A stretch of DNA of 64,000 nucleotides from contig JBGPIA010000013.1 in assembly GCA_041484665.1 (NCBI GenBank), positions 62,323 to 126,322 on the forward strand, read 5' to 3'. Below are positions 26,526-36,735 of this stretch, in pieces (within the stretch, counting starts at the first letter, position 1; each line of letters starts with the position of its first letter). Position numbers and translations under genes: made by a program. Under the pieces are notes generated by a model. It saw only the letters and a list, made by a program, of their open reading frames with translations. It was not told where the DNA came from and made no database searches. The stretch comes from Candidatus Krumholzibacteriia bacterium. GTDB taxonomy: Bacteria; Krumholzibacteriota; Krumholzibacteriia; JAJRXK01.

Positions 26526-29323
26526 GGTTGCTCGAAGCTGAGCTGCTCGCGGGCGGGCAGCGTGCCGGCCAGGAACGCTACGGCCCGCTCGATCACGCCG
26601 GCCAGCGAGCTGCTCGGCTCGGCCTGGACGGCCTGCAATTGACCGAGGAAGCCGTGCAGCCGCAGCTCTTCGATGTGGTAGACGGTCATGCAGCGCAGCG
26701 ACTCGCTGCCGTTCTCCAGCAGCCACTGCAGTACCCCATCGTAGGTCAGGCCCGCGGGCGTGTAGTACGGACGGGCGCGACCCAGACGAGCGTCGTCGGC
26801 CGCGTCATCCACGAGCCCCAGCAGCGGGTCGCGCAGCGGGTGCTGCACCAGGTTCTCCAGCAGCTCGCGGCTGTCGTCGCGCGTGGCGCGGTTCGGGCTG
26901 TGCAGGCCGGCGTAGATGCTGTGGAAGTCCTCGGCGACGTGGCGCAGGGCCAGCAAGCGGAAGAGCCGATCGACCGCGTGCTCCTCCTTGTCCTTCAGCA
27001 TCGAGAGGACCAGCTGGTGCACGGGGGTCACGCGCACAGGCAGCGCCGCCCCCCCGCGTGCCAGTGTCGATCGCAGGTCCAGCGCCCGGAACGCGCCCGC
27101 CAGCGTTTGCCCGATGGCGTCGTCGAGCACATGGCGGTCGAGGTCCAGCATGGGATGATCGCGCCGCAGTCGGCCCAGCGCGCGCAGGATCTTGAAACGC
27201 ACCACACCGTCGTCGTGGTGCAGCAGGTGGCGCAGCAGCACCGGGCCAGCGGCCTGTGGCGCAAACAGGCAAAGCGTGCGCGGCACGTGACGCTGGATGG
27301 GCAGTGGCACCGCGGGATCGGCCAGGGCCGAGTCAAGCGCCGCCAGCGCCGGATCGCCCAGGGTGGCCAGGGTCTCGCGCACTGCGGGGCGCAGCCGCCG
27401 CTGCGGCAGCATCTTCATCAGGGCGGGCAGGAAGCCGTGGCCGCCGATGGCGCGCATGGCCCAGACCACCTCCAGCTGCACGGCCCGATCCGGCGACTCG
27501 GCCAGGCGCAACAACGCGCGCTCGAATAGCGGCGCTGGCTGGCGGTGGATGGCGCGGGCCAGCGCCAGGTGGCTCTCCGTGTCGTCGCGGGCGAGCTCGG
27601 CATCGATGGCCTCGTCCGCCTCCTCCCCCGCCAGCCCTCCGAGCGCGATCAACCCCACGATCGCCGTGGCGCGCACGGCCGGCGAGGGGTCGCCGTAGGA
27701 GGCCCCCAGCAGCGACTCGTCCGGCTTGACCGCGGACCAGGCGCGCAACGTGGCGGCGCGCACCTCGGGATCGTCGTGGTGCAACAGCCGGCCGCCGATC
27801 GCCACGAAGTCGTCGCGGCCCGCGGCGGCGAAGATCTCCAGCGCGTGGATCACGACCTCGCTGGACGGGTGGTAGAGGATCAGCGTCGGGATGAGGCGTG
27901 TGCGCCCCTCCTCGGCCAGCAGCTCCAGCGCCGCGATCACCTCGGCGTCGTTGCGGCTGTTGAGGGTGGCGATGAGCGTCTCCAGCGAGTTGAGGTCCAG
28001 CTGCGGGAAGTCCATCTTCATGCGGAACGACTTCTCCTGCAGCGTGGAGCGGAACACGTCGATGTAGTGGGAACGCAGGGTGAGCGTCAGCAGGAACCAG
28101 CCGGCCGCCAGCGCCACCACGGCAACGGCCAGCGCGCGCTCGCCGCCGCCCGCACCGGCAATCGCCAGGATCGCCAGCGATGCGGCGGCCTGGCCGCCGC
28201 GCTGGCCGAGCACGTCGATGAAGCCCTTGATCTGGGTGCGCAGCTCGAAGGCGAGCGGGACGTAGAGGACCTCGGATGACGTGCGGTGCAGCGAGTGGCG
28301 CAGGGCGCCGTCGGGGCCCTTGAGCGCCAGCACCGCCACCAGCCCGCCCACCACCGCGACCGCCCCCGCGCCCAGCAGCAGCAAGAGGGGCAGCACGGCG
28401 ATCACACGATTGATGCCCATCGTGCGCACGAGCCACGGCAACAGCACGAGCTGGGCACCCAGGGAGAGGAGGTTGAGGGCCAGGTACGTGGTGGAGAAGA
28501 ACGCGGAGAGCTGCGGGGCCGGTACGTGACGCGCGACGCCGCTCTTGAACAGGTAGTCGACGATGGTGAGCGTGATGCTCGACAGCAGCACGAGCAGCGC
28601 GACGCGCCGCACGTAGGGCCGCTCCCACACCATCCGGCCGATGAGGGCGGCCTCGCGCGGCCCATGCCGTGCCGCTGCCAGGCGCCGCCGCGCGGGACCG
28701 GAGGATGCGGGCACTGCGGCCCCGGCCGCGGATGTCCGGGGCGCGAGCGACGGCCCGCCGGCGGTCACCAGCAGGATGCCGGCCGCCGCCAGCAACAGCA
28801 TGCGCGGCTCGACCACTGTGCTTAGCGCCCGGGCAAGGCCAGCCCCGGCGATCGCCCCCAGCATGCTCCCGGCGCCGATCAGCGGGAACAGCCGCTTGGC
28901 CTGCGTGACGGTGAAGACACTGCCCACCAGCGTCCAGAACCGCACGACCAGGGCGGTGGCGACGACGCCGGGCCAAGCGTACAGGGCGTAGAGGATCCAC
29001 GGGCGCGGCGACCGCAGCAGCACCCAGAAGCCCAGCGTTCCCGCTGCCGCGACCAGCAGCAGGGCGCTCAGCACGTTACGCTCCTGCAGACGCGCGGGCA
29101 CCAGGCGCTGCGCTCGATCCACCACCAGGACGGCGGCCGGGATGGCCAGGTAGACCCACGGCAGGCGCGAGGCCGGCAGGCTGGCCAAAAACAGGGCGTC
29201 GCGGGCCGTCTCCATCAGCGCGTGGCCGGCCATCAGCCCCAGCAGGGTCAGGAAGGCGCCGAGGACGTCTCGGCGCTCGGCCGACCGGATGTCCGGGCGC
29301 AGGCGGGAGAGCTGATGGAACAT
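26522..29323 (-). CDS. Npt/TLC-like (nucleotide transporter-like MFS) protein fused to HEAT repeats
   Basis: ETARDALFLA, FW...QAKRLFPLIGAG, VDYLFK, LRHSLH...EVLYVP..K.FID; C-terminal HEAT repeats (DPEVRAA, SPAVRAT). Confidence 0.8.
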   Translation of the reverse strand: MFHQLSRLRPDIRSAERRDVLGAFLTLLGLMAGHALMETARDALFLASLPASRLPWVYLAIPAAVLVVDRAQRLVPARLQERNVLSALLLVAAAGTLGFWVLLRSPRPWILYALYAWPGVVATALVVRFWTLVGSVFTVTQAKRLFPLIGAGSMLGAIAGAGLARALSTVVEPRMLLLAAAGILLVTAGGPSLAPRTSAAGAAVPASSGPARRRLAAARHGPREAALIGRMVWERPYVRRVALLVLLSSITLTIVDYLFKSGVARHVPAPQLSAFFSTTYLALNLLSLGAQLVLLPWLVRTMGINRVIAVLPLLLLLGAGAVAVVGGLVAVLALKGPDGALRHSLHRTSSEVLYVPLAFELRTQIKGFIDVLGQRGGQAAASLAILAIAGAGGGERALAVAVVALAAGWFLLTLTLRSHYIDVFRSTLQEKSFRMKMDFPQLDLNSLETLIATLNSRNDAEVIAALELLAEEGRTRLIPTLILYHPSSEVVIHALEIFAAAGRDDFVAIGGRLLHHDDPEVRAATLRAWSAVKPDESLLGASYGDPSPAVRATAIVGLIALGGLAGEEADEAIDAELARDDTESHLALARAIHRQPAPLFERALLRLAESPDRAVQLEVVWAMRAIGGHGFLPALMKMLPQRRLRPAVRETLATLGDPALAALDSALADPAVPLPIQRHVPRTLCLFAPQAAGPVLLRHLLHHDDGVVRFKILRALGRLRRDHPMLDLDRHVLDDAIGQTLAGAFRALDLRSTLARGGAALPVRVTPVHQLVLSMLKDKEEHAVDRLFRLLALRHVAEDFHSIYAGLHSPNRATRDDSRELLENLVQHPLRDPLLGLVDDAADDARLGRARPYYTPAGLTYDGVLQWLLENGSESLRCMTVYHIEELRLHGFLGQLQAVQAEPSSSLAGVIERAVAFLAGTLPAREQLSFEQP

Positions 29324-29514
29324 AGTGAGTGAAGGAGTGTGCGGCGACCGCCGGCCAAGCCTAGCCGATTTTGCGCGCGGCCGCGACCCACGTGGTATGG
29401 ACCCAGGGCCCCCGGGCGCGGATAATGGGCGCTCGGGCGCGGGAAGTGGGTGTGGGGGCGCGGGAGTGGCCGCGCGGGACTGGCCGCGCGGATGGACGGG
29501 GCGGAGGTCGGCGC

Positions 29515-30576
29515 ATGCTGAGGCGGCGGGACGCGGATCGGGCTGTGAAGCTTGGCGCCGGGGTGGCGTGGGGGCTGGCCGTGTGGGCGGCCCTGCCGGC
29601 GGCTGCGGCGATGGCTCTGCGGATCGCCCTGCGGAGGGCCGTGAGGCTCGCCGGGATCCTGGCCATCCCCCTGCTCGCGCCGGGCTGCGGGGAGCGCCCC
29701 CCGCAAGATCGCCTGCAGGTCGCCGTGAGCGTGCCGCCCCAGGCCTTCCTAGTCCAACGCGTCGGCGGGGCGCTCGTAACGGTGCAGACGATGCTCGCGC
29801 CCGGCACCTCCGAGCACGCCGTCGAGCTGAGCCCGCGCCAGATGGCGGCCCTCAGCGATGCGCGTCTCTACGTGAAGGTGGGCCACCGCGACATGCTGGT
29901 CGAGAGCCGGCGCATCGATCCGTTCCTGGCCGCGCATCCGGCCATCCTGGTGGTGGACATGGCGGCAGCCGCCTTGCAGGACAGCGCATCGCGTCGCACC
30001 GTGCGCGCCCTGGACGCCGGCGACCCGCACCTCTGGCTGTCGCCGTCGGTGATGCGCAGCGGCGCGCGAGCGATCGCGAACGGTCTGCGCGCGGTCGATG
30101 CGGCCCACGCGGCTGAGTACGACACGAACCTGGGTCTGCTGCTGGCGGACATCGATGTGCTCGACGGCGACGTCCGCGCGCTGCTTGCACCCCGCGCCGA
30201 GCCGGACGCGGCCGGTCCACCCGAGCCGCGCGCCACGCCAACTCCGCCGCGGCGGTGCTTCATGGTCTATCATCCGGCGTGGGGCTTCTTCGCGCGGGAG
30301 TATGGTCTGCGGCAGGTGTCGATCGAGGAGGAGGGCAAGGAGCCCGGCCCTGCGCGACTGCAGCAGCTCATCGCGCAGGCCCGCCACGCCGGCGTCCGCA
30401 CGATCTTCGTGCAACGGGGCTTTTCCACCAAGAGCGCGCACGTCGTGGCCGAGGAGATCGGGGCCCAGCTGGTGGAGCTCGATCCCATGACCACCGACTG
30501 GCTGGCCGGAATGCGCCAGGCCGCGCGAGCCATCCGTGACGGGCTGTCCGCAGACGTGGGGCAGGACGTGCCGTGA
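29515..30576 (+). CDS. znuA: Zn/Mn ABC transporter substrate-binding lipoprotein (start uncertain)
   Basis: Lipobox LAPGC; SEH, DPHLWLSP, HPAWGFFA, EGKEP, LDP motifs. Confidence 0.8.
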   Translation: MLRRRDADRAVKLGAGVAWGLAVWAALPAAAAMALRIALRRAVRLAGILAIPLLAPGCGERPPQDRLQVAVSVPPQAFLVQRVGGALVTVQTMLAPGTSEHAVELSPRQMAALSDARLYVKVGHRDMLVESRRIDPFLAAHPAILVVDMAAAALQDSASRRTVRALDAGDPHLWLSPSVMRSGARAIANGLRAVDAAHAAEYDTNLGLLLADIDVLDGDVRALLAPRAEPDAAGPPEPRATPTPPRRCFMVYHPAWGFFAREYGLRQVSIEEEGKEPGPARLQQLIAQARHAGVRTIFVQRGFSTKSAHVVAEEIGAQLVELDPMTTDWLAGMRQAARAIRDGLSADVGQDVP

Positions 30577-31337
30577 CCGATCCGCAGACCCTCATCGAGG
30601 TGCAGAAGGTCACCTTTGGCTACCGCCAGGAGATCGTGCTGGACGAGGTCGATCTGCAGATCCGCGCGAGCGACTACGTGGCGGTGATCGGCCCCAATGG
30701 GGGCGGCAAGACCACGCTGCTCAAGATCATCCTGGGGCTGTTGCGCCCGTGGTCGGGGCGCGTCGTCCTCCACCCACCTGCCGGGCGCGGGCGCCTGGGC
30801 TACGTGCCGCAGTTCTTCACCTTCGACCGCGAGTTCCCACTGCGTGTGCTCGACGTCGTGCTCATGGGCCGGCTCGGGGCGCGCGGCCTGTTCCACGCCT
30901 ACAATGCCCAGGATCGAAGGACGGTGCAGGAGGTGCTCGAGCGCATGCACCTGCAGAAGCTCGAGCAGGCCCACATCACCGAGCTGTCGGGCGGCCAGCT
31001 GCAGCGCACGCTGATCGCCCGCGCGCTCGTCTCCGATCCGGCAGTGCTGCTGCTGGACGAGCCGACGGCGTCCGTCGATGCCGAGTCGCGGGAGATCCTG
31101 CGCGCGACCCTGGCGGAGATGAATCGTCGCATCCCGGTCATCGTGGTGACCCACGACGTCACGGCCGTTTCCACCGACGTCAAGCAGTTCGCCTGCGTCA
31201 ACCGTAAGCTCTACTACCACGGCCGCGCCGAGCTCACCACCGAGCTGCTCGAGCAGGTCTACGGCTGCCCGGTGGAGATGATCGGGCACGGCCTGCCCCA
31301 CCGCGTGCTGGTGGATCACTCGGGCCACGAGCACTGA
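30573..31337 (+). CDS. znuC: Metal ABC transporter ATPase
   Basis: GPNGGGKTT, LSGGQ, LLLDEPT; His-rich tail. Confidence 0.88.
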   Translation: MTDPQTLIEVQKVTFGYRQEIVLDEVDLQIRASDYVAVIGPNGGGKTTLLKIILGLLRPWSGRVVLHPPAGRGRLGYVPQFFTFDREFPLRVLDVVLMGRLGARGLFHAYNAQDRRTVQEVLERMHLQKLEQAHITELSGGQLQRTLIARALVSDPAVLLLDEPTASVDAESREILRATLAEMNRRIPVIVVTHDVTAVSTDVKQFACVNRKLYYHGRAELTTELLEQVYGCPVEMIGHGLPHRVLVDHSGHEH

Positions 31338-31361
31338 CCCGTGACGAGCGCGAGCTGACCC

Positions 31362-32189
31362 GTGAGTACGATGATCGACGCCCTCTCCTATGACTTCGTG
31401 CGCCACGCGTTGCTCGCCGGGCTGCTCGCCAGCCTGGTGTGCGGAGTGATCGGCACGTTCGTGGTGGTCAAGCGGCTCGTGTTCGTGAGCGGCGGGATCA
31501 GCCACGCCGCTTTCGGCGGTCTGGGCATCTGCTATTACCTGGGCGCGGATCCGCGTGTGGGCGCGGTAGCCGTCTCGCTGCTGATGGCGGTGCTTCTGGG
31601 CATGGGAAAGCGGGAGCGCCTGCGGGCGCAGGATGCCACGATCGGCATCCTGTGGGCGGTAGGGATGGCCATCGGAATCGTCTTCATCCATCTGGCGCCG
31701 GGCTACGCTCCAGACCTGATGAGCTATCTGTTCGGCAGCATCCTGACCGTAACGCAGGCCGACGTGCTGGTGTCCGCGGTCCTGACGCTGGTGGTCCTGG
31801 CGGTGGTGGCCCTGCTCTACAAGGAGCTCGTGGCGGTGGCCTTCGACGAGTCGTTCGCGGTCGTCCAGGGCATCCCCGTGCACCGAGTGCTGACGCTGTT
31901 GCTGGCCCTCATCGGGCTGTGCGTGGTCATGCTCATCCAGGTCGTGGGGATCGTCTTGTTGATCGCGCTGCTGACGATTCCGCCCATGATCGCGCTGCGG
32001 TTGGCGCGGCGGTTTACGACGGTCCTGCTGTTGTCGGCGCTGATCGGGATGGCGACCACGGCGGCGGGGCTGGCGCTGTCGTTCCGCTACGACGTCCCTT
32101 CGGGGCCCTCGATCGTGCTGCTCGGAGCGCTCGTGATGCTGATCGTGTTCGCCGTCAAAGGGCGCCGTCGCCGGCGCCGGGTCGCCTGA
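31362..32189 (+). CDS. znuB: Metal ABC transporter permease
   Basis: GISHAAFGG, YLFGSIL, FDESFA, ABC-3 pattern. Confidence 0.88.
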   Translation: MSTMIDALSYDFVRHALLAGLLASLVCGVIGTFVVVKRLVFVSGGISHAAFGGLGICYYLGADPRVGAVAVSLLMAVLLGMGKRERLRAQDATIGILWAVGMAIGIVFIHLAPGYAPDLMSYLFGSILTVTQADVLVSAVLTLVVLAVVALLYKELVAVAFDESFAVVQGIPVHRVLTLLLALIGLCVVMLIQVVGIVLLIALLTIPPMIALRLARRFTTVLLLSALIGMATTAAGLALSFRYDVPSGPSIVLLGALVMLIVFAVKGRRRRRRVA

Positions 32190-32300
32190 GCGGGGGCGTT
32201 GGGCTGCAACGGGGCGCTTGGCGTGCGGCTTTGCGAGGGTGCTCGGCCTCGTGCTCTGGGTGGCGACCGCCGGTGAGGGTCCGTTCGCGGAGGACTGTTC

Positions 32301-33422
32301 GTGGATCTGCTGGTGCGCATCCTATCGGGAGCCTGGGAGACGCTGCAGCAGGCCGCGCCCTATATCCTGTTGGGCCTGGTGCTGGGCGGCGTCCTGCACG
32401 TACTGCTCGATGCGCAGTCCATCCAGCGGCGCCTGGGCGGAGGGGGGCTGCGCTCGGTGACGCTCGCGGCGCTGCTGGGGATTCCCCTTCCGATCTGCAG
32501 CTGCGCCATCGTTCCCGCGTCCATCGAGTTGCACCGCAAAGGGGCCAGTCGCGCCGCCAGCCTCTCCTTCCTTATTACTACGCCGGAGTCGGGCGTCGAC
32601 TCGATTCTCGTCACGTGGGGGATGCTCGGACCGATCATGGCCGTGGCACGGCCGGTGGCGAGCTTTCTCACCGCGCTGCTCGCCGGCGCGATCGCGCTGC
32701 TCACTCCATCGCAGGCAGGAACGGGTGCGCAGGACCCGGCGCCGCCTGCGGATCCGTGCAGCTGCGACGAGCCGCTGGTGGAGGCCAGGGCGGTCGTGGG
32801 TGCCGCGCGTCGGCACCCGCCCCTCGTGCGGATGGCCCGCCACGCGTTCATCGACCTGCTCGACGACCTGGTGTTCTGGCTCGTGCTGGGGTTCCTGGTC
32901 GCGGGGGCGATCATCGCGATGGTGCCCGGCGACCTGGCGAAGCACGGCCTGGGTTCGGGGATCGCTCCCATGCTGATCATGCTCGCCGTCGGCATTCCCA
33001 TGTACATGTGCGCGTCGGCCAGCACCCCGGTGGGCGCGGCGCTCATCGGCAAGGGGTTGAGCCCGGGCGCGGCGCTGGTGTTCCTGCTGTCGGGGCCGGC
33101 GACCAACGCGGCGACGCTCGTGCTACTGCTGCGCCATTTCGGCCGGACGTTCGTCGCGATCTACCTGGCCAGCGTCGCCGTAGCGTCGGTCGTGTGCGGG
33201 CTCTTGCTCGATGCGCTGGTGCGCGTGGTGGGGTGGCGGATCGCGCCACGCCTGGCGCCTGCAGCGATCGGCGTGGTGGAGGCGGTCCACTGGCTGCCGG
33301 TGGTGCTGCTGTGCGGGCTCATGCTGTGGCGGCTGGCGGCCGGAGCCGGACGGCAGGGGGTGCGCGAGTTGGCGGAAAACTTCCGCGGATGGGTCGGTGC
33401 GGGCGCGCGGGCAGGGGGGTGA
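32301..33422 (+). CDS. DUF318 / SO_0444-like metal permease
   Basis: GIPLPICSC, SFLITTPESGVDS, PMYMCASASTP, GPATN. Confidence 0.85.
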   Translation: MDLLVRILSGAWETLQQAAPYILLGLVLGGVLHVLLDAQSIQRRLGGGGLRSVTLAALLGIPLPICSCAIVPASIELHRKGASRAASLSFLITTPESGVDSILVTWGMLGPIMAVARPVASFLTALLAGAIALLTPSQAGTGAQDPAPPADPCSCDEPLVEARAVVGAARRHPPLVRMARHAFIDLLDDLVFWLVLGFLVAGAIIAMVPGDLAKHGLGSGIAPMLIMLAVGIPMYMCASASTPVGAALIGKGLSPGAALVFLLSGPATNAATLVLLLRHFGRTFVAIYLASVAVASVVCGLLLDALVRVVGWRIAPRLAPAAIGVVEAVHWLPVVLLCGLMLWRLAAGAGRQGVRELAENFRGWVGAGARAGG

Positions 33423-33490
33423 GGTGGGCGTAGCCGGGCGGCAGCCAGGGTGTGCGCGCGCGGCGGGTCCCCGCGTGCTGTATTGCCGGC

Positions 33491-33579
33491 GGGGTCGTGA
33501 GCACATTGTGCTTACTTCCGGCCGACCCCCGACCGCCCGATGTAAGCACATTGTGCTCACGAGCGCGCGCAAGACCCCA
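33491..33579. repeat. Intergenic double palindrome (REP-like or tandem operator)
   Basis: GTGAGCACATTGTGCTTAC (33497-33515) and GTAAGCACATTGTGCTCAC (33542-33560); GGGGTC/GACCCC flanks. Confidence 0.75.
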
Positions 33580-33697
33580 CGCCATCGCGACGCGCCACTC
33601 CCACACCCCTACAGTTTCCTCGGGGAAACTCTCGCCGGCTTCGTCTATCATCCGCATCCGCAGCTAGCCCCCCGCTGGCACCCAAGGGAGGAAAGGG

Positions 33698-35800
33698 ATG
33701 AGGAAGTCCGCGTCGGCCCCCGTGCGCGCTCGCGCCCGATGGCCTCTCTCTCTCGCGTGCGCCGTCGGGGTGACGGTCGCCGGGATGCCTGCCGCGCCCA
33801 CGGCCGAGTCCACGGCCGCGTCCACCGCCGCGCCCGCTCGGCCTGCTGCGACACCATCACCCGCTCGGCCCACGGCGGCACCGTCACCCGCGCGGCCCAC
33901 GGCGACACCATCACCCACGCGGCCTACGGCGGCACCGTCGCCCGCGCCGCCCGCCGCGGCACCGTCGCCCACGCAACCGGCCTCGGCTCCGGCGCCGCCA
34001 GCCACTCCTGCGCCAGCTCCTACCTTTGACCACTACGATCACAATGCCGCCTACGCGCCCGCCGCCCAGGAGGCCGTGCTCCCGGCGGCGCGGGCCTGGA
34101 CCGGTGCGAGCCGCACGCTCGTGGCGCCGGCCGACGACGCGTGGCTGACGCCATTCGAGGCGAGCGGGCTCACGCGCACGCCCCGCTACGACGAGACGAT
34201 GGCCTGGCTGGCGCGCCTGGACAAGGCTTCCCAGCAGGTCGAGATGGTCTCCTTGGGCAAGAGCGGCGAAGGGCGCGACGTGTGGATGGTGATCGCCTCA
34301 CAAGAGGGCGCGCTCACGCCTGACCGCTTGCGCGCCTCGGGCAAGCCGGTCGTGCTGGTGCAAGCGGGTATCCATTCCGGAGAGATCGACGGCAAGGACG
34401 CCGGAATGATGCTGCTGCGCGACATGACGGTGCGCGCCACCAAGAAGGATCTGCTGGAGAAGGCGAGCTTCCTGTTCATCCCCATCTTCAACGTCGACGG
34501 ACATGAGCGATTCTCGCGTTTTGCGCGCATCAACCAGCGCGGGCCGCTGGAGCAGGGCTGGCGCACAACGTCGAGCAATCTCAACCTCAACCGCGACTAC
34601 ACCAAGCTCGACGCGCCGGAGACGCAAGCGTTGGTGCGGGCGCTCAACCTCTGGCAGCCCGACCTCTACATCGACGTGCACGTCACTGACGGGATCGACT
34701 ACCAGTACGACGTCACCTGGGGCGGCAACAGCGCCGGCAACTACTCGCCGGCGACGCAGCGCTGGCTGGAGAGCGTGCTGCGGCCGGCGCTCGAGCGCGA
34801 CCTGCGCGCCATGGGCCACGTGCCCGGCCCGCTGCTGTTCGCCTCCAACAATACCGACCTCAGCGAGGGCATCATCAATTGGGCCTCCTCGCCACGCTTC
34901 TCGAACGGGTATGGCGACGTGCGGCACCTGCCGACCATCCTGGTGGAGAACCACTCGCTCAAGCCCTACGACCAGCGCGTGCTGGGCACCTACGTGTTCC
35001 TCGAGAGTGTGCTGCGCACGCTGGGTGCCCGTGTCAAGGAGCTGCGGCGGGCCGCCGAGCAGGATCGATCGCTGCGGCCCGCGGAGTTCCCGGTGGAGTG
35101 GAAGGCGGCCGACGGGCCGCCCCCGACCTTCGAATTCCTCGGGATCGGGTCGCGCGCGGACTCCTCGGCGGTTTCGGGCGGCAAGCGCGTCACCTGGACG
35201 GGTACGCCGATCACGCAGAGCGTGCCCTACGTGCAGTTCACCAAGCCCGTTCGCATGGTGCGCGTGCCGAAGGCGTACTGGATCGCGCCGCAGTGGACCG
35301 ACGTGATCGCGCGGCTGCAGCTGCACGGCATCCAGATGGAGCGCATCGCCAAGGAGCGGGAGCTCGACGTGGAGATGTTCCGCGTTCCAGACGCGGCGCT
35401 CGAGCCCGAGCCCTTCGAGGGCCGCGCGCGTGTGACGGGCACGCCGGTCGTCGAGCGGCGCCACGAGCGTTTTCCCGCCGGCTCGGTGCGCATCCCCATC
35501 GACCAGCCGCTGGGCGAGCTTGCGGTGGTGCTTCTGGATCCGGCATCGGACGACTCGTTCTTCCGCTGGGGCTTCTTCCTTTCGGCGCTGCAGCCGACCG
35601 AGTACGTCGAGGCCTACGTCATGGAGCCGATTGCGCAGCGCATGCTGGCCGCGGATCCGGCATTGCGGGCGGAATTCGCGCAGCGGCTCAAGGACGACCC
35701 GAAGTTCGCAGCCGACCCGCAGGCCCGCCTGCTGTGGTTCTACCGGCGCACGCCATTCTCGGATGACCGCTGGAAGCTCGTGCCGGTGGCGCGGGAGTAG
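33698..35800 (+). CDS. Secreted M14 zinc carboxypeptidase-family protein with Pro/Ala/Thr-rich N-terminus
   Basis: GIHSGEIDG, NVDGHE, NLNRD, DVH motifs. Confidence 0.88.
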   Translation: MRKSASAPVRARARWPLSLACAVGVTVAGMPAAPTAESTAASTAAPARPAATPSPARPTAAPSPARPTATPSPTRPTAAPSPAPPAAAPSPTQPASAPAPPATPAPAPTFDHYDHNAAYAPAAQEAVLPAARAWTGASRTLVAPADDAWLTPFEASGLTRTPRYDETMAWLARLDKASQQVEMVSLGKSGEGRDVWMVIASQEGALTPDRLRASGKPVVLVQAGIHSGEIDGKDAGMMLLRDMTVRATKKDLLEKASFLFIPIFNVDGHERFSRFARINQRGPLEQGWRTTSSNLNLNRDYTKLDAPETQALVRALNLWQPDLYIDVHVTDGIDYQYDVTWGGNSAGNYSPATQRWLESVLRPALERDLRAMGHVPGPLLFASNNTDLSEGIINWASSPRFSNGYGDVRHLPTILVENHSLKPYDQRVLGTYVFLESVLRTLGARVKELRRAAEQDRSLRPAEFPVEWKAADGPPPTFEFLGIGSRADSSAVSGGKRVTWTGTPITQSVPYVQFTKPVRMVRVPKAYWIAPQWTDVIARLQLHGIQMERIAKERELDVEMFRVPDAALEPEPFEGRARVTGTPVVERRHERFPAGSVRIPIDQPLGELAVVLLDPASDDSFFRWGFFLSALQPTEYVEAYVMEPIAQRMLAADPALRAEFAQRLKDDPKFAADPQARLLWFYRRTPFSDDRWKLVPVARE

Positions 35801-36735
35801 AGCTGCGTACGCAGGGAGCCCAGCGTGATGCCGCTGCGCGACAGCGCCAGCAACCCCAGTCCCCACAGCGGCACGGTCAGCACGACGAAGGCAACCACGC
35901 TGAAGCCGGCTGCCGTGGCCTTGCCCACGCCGAACAGGCGCAGGGCCAGCACGGTGAGCGCCTGATAGGTGCCGACGTTTCCCGGCGCGTTGGGGATCGC
36001 CGTGCCCAGGCGCACGATGAGCAGCACGGCGATGCCACTCCAGACGTTCAGGGGCAGACCGTAACCCACCATCACCATCCAAAGGGCCAGCCCCTCGAAG
36101 AATGGGATGAAGAACGAGACGGCGAAGGAGCCGAGCGCGCGCGGTGAGGATCCGACGCCGCCCAAGGCGTGCAGCAGACGGCCGAGGAGACCGACCTTGC
36201 CGACCGTGGCGCCGCGCCGTGCCCGCAGCAGGAGGAACACCAGCAGCCCCAACGCGACCAGCACCACGCCACCCAGGATGCCCTCGGCCTCCATCAGCGG
36301 GCGCGGCAGGGTCACGGTCAGCGCGACCGCCACGATCCCGATCGCCAACCAGATCCCGTCGAACAACCGCTCGACCAGGATGGAGCCAACCAGCGCTGGC
36401 AGCGGTACCGCGCTCCAGCGTTGCACGAGATAGCCCCGCACCAGCTCGCCCAGCCGCGCGGGTAGCACCTCGCTCACGAATAGACCGGCGTAGATGGCCT
36501 GCGTGGTGCGCGCCACGCCCAGCGAGCGGCTCGACGGCAGCAGCAGCCGCCAGCGCTCGCCCTGGCAGACGTAGCTGGCGATGTCCAGCAGCACCGCCGG
36601 CAGCATCCACGCCCAGCGCACGTGCGACGCGCTGCGCAACACCTCGCGCAGGTCGACATCGTGGAACACCCAGACCAGGCAGACGACGGCCAGGCCGTAG
36701 CCCAAAGCCACCTGCAGCCAGCGGCGCCCGCTCAT
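35740..36735 (-). CDS. Lysylphosphatidylglycerol synthase TM (flippase-like) protein
   Basis: RWRLLL, LPARLGELVR, ERLFD, PGNVGTY. Confidence 0.85.
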   Translation of the reverse strand: MSGRRWLQVALGYGLAVVCLVWVFHDVDLREVLRSASHVRWAWMLPAVLLDIASYVCQGERWRLLLPSSRSLGVARTTQAIYAGLFVSEVLPARLGELVRGYLVQRWSAVPLPALVGSILVERLFDGIWLAIGIVAVALTVTLPRPLMEAEGILGGVVLVALGLLVFLLLRARRGATVGKVGLLGRLLHALGGVGSSPRALGSFAVSFFIPFFEGLALWMVMVGYGLPLNVWSGIAVLLIVRLGTAIPNAPGNVGTYQALTVLALRLFGVGKATAAGFSVVAFVVLTVPLWGLGLLALSRSGITLGSLRTQLYSRATGTSFQRSSENGVRR

